A DNA stretch of 64,000 bases from the human T2T-CHM13v2.0 reference genome, Homo sapiens: NCBI RefSeq assembly GCF_009914755.1, contig NC_060931.1. One strand, 5' to 3'. Position numbers and translations under genes: made by a program. Of this stretch, positions 63,165 through 64,000 are shown one piece after another (position 1 is the first letter of the stretch; each line of letters starts with the position of its first letter). A model generated the notes under the pieces. It was not told where the DNA came from, did no database searches, and saw only the letters and a list, made by a program, of their open reading frames with translations.

Positions 63165-64000
63165 TTCAGGCTTCCTGTAGTTTTTCTTCTTTTGATGCTG
63201 TGTCCCCACAAATGTTTCTGGATTACTCCACAAGGAAATCAGGCCACTGCTAGAGACCCAGTCTGAGGAGGAGCCACTGCCTCCCCTTCTGCCTTCAAGA
63301 CCCCTGATCTCAGGCAATGGATACAGCCACACCACAGAACCCCATCTGAGGGACACAGGGTCCTGCCCCTAGTAGGAGACTTCCAGAGCCCAGTGGGATG
63401 ACTTTGGAGACCTGGGGGCAGGGAAAAGGGGCAGGCTTCTGATCAGTTTAAATGGACCGATGGGAGCCATTTCTGATTCCGGAGTATGGAAGGGATGGGG
63501 GAAAGCAGGGCTGAAGTCTAACAGCCCCCTCATCCCCTCTACCCTCCACAGAGCAGGGCCCAGGGAACACTAGGGATTGCTCCACCTTCCTCCCTCCCTC
63601 CACTCACATTTGCAACCCATCTGACCTGGGCTGGGCGTCTCATGGGAGACAGACTCACTCATCAGAGCCCAGTGCAGTTAGGGCTACTTCAGGCTGAGAC
63701 TGGGACCCTGGCTCCTGACCCTCCCGACGTGCACACACACTTAGTAGTGCCTGATAATAGGGAACAGGTATCACCACGGCAGTGGGCTGAGGCAGGAAAT
63801 AGTGTATGGACAGGTCCTGGGGCCCCAGCACTGCTCCTGGGAGACACATGGTTCCTGTCCCCTCTGTGGAATGCCTGGCTGATGGTGATATAAGGGGGGC
63901 TGGGTCTCAGGGAGCCAGGGGCTAGGCATCCGCAATGAAGACTGAGGCCATGTTGATGGAACAGGGTTTCTAATTTAAGTGTGCCCTGGGTCACTAGGCT

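Overview
Mammalian genomic DNA that I identify as human 7p14.3, because the spliced AQP1 reading frame matches the 269-aa human protein as I recall it. The + strand carries the last five coding exons and 3' UTR of MINDY4/FAM188B (about 9.9-30.0 kb). A decayed, sense-oriented processed pseudogene of OSBPL9 lies inside the last MINDY4 intron (about 26.7-29.1 kb). A 19 kb intergenic region follows, then the complete AQP1 gene: TATA promoter at 49.47 kb, four phase-0 coding exons, an internal alternative first exon near 59.2-59.5 kb, and AATAAA at 63138. The rest is intron or intergenic sequence with Alu, MaLR LTR, MER, L1, L2 and MIR relics and simple repeats. Almost all ORFs in the supplied track are chance ORFs in GC-rich DNA. 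I found no strong evidence for a wholly new biological system. The best leads are an in-frame MINDY4-to-AQP1 read-through splice (deubiquitinase-aquaporin chimera) favoured by a weak MINDY4 poly(A) signal, half-aquaporin isoforms, two short dispersed duplications, a KLF-motif minisatellite, and a G4 next to a miR-144 site in the AQP1 3' UTR. Repeat family names and boundaries were assigned by eye and are approximate.
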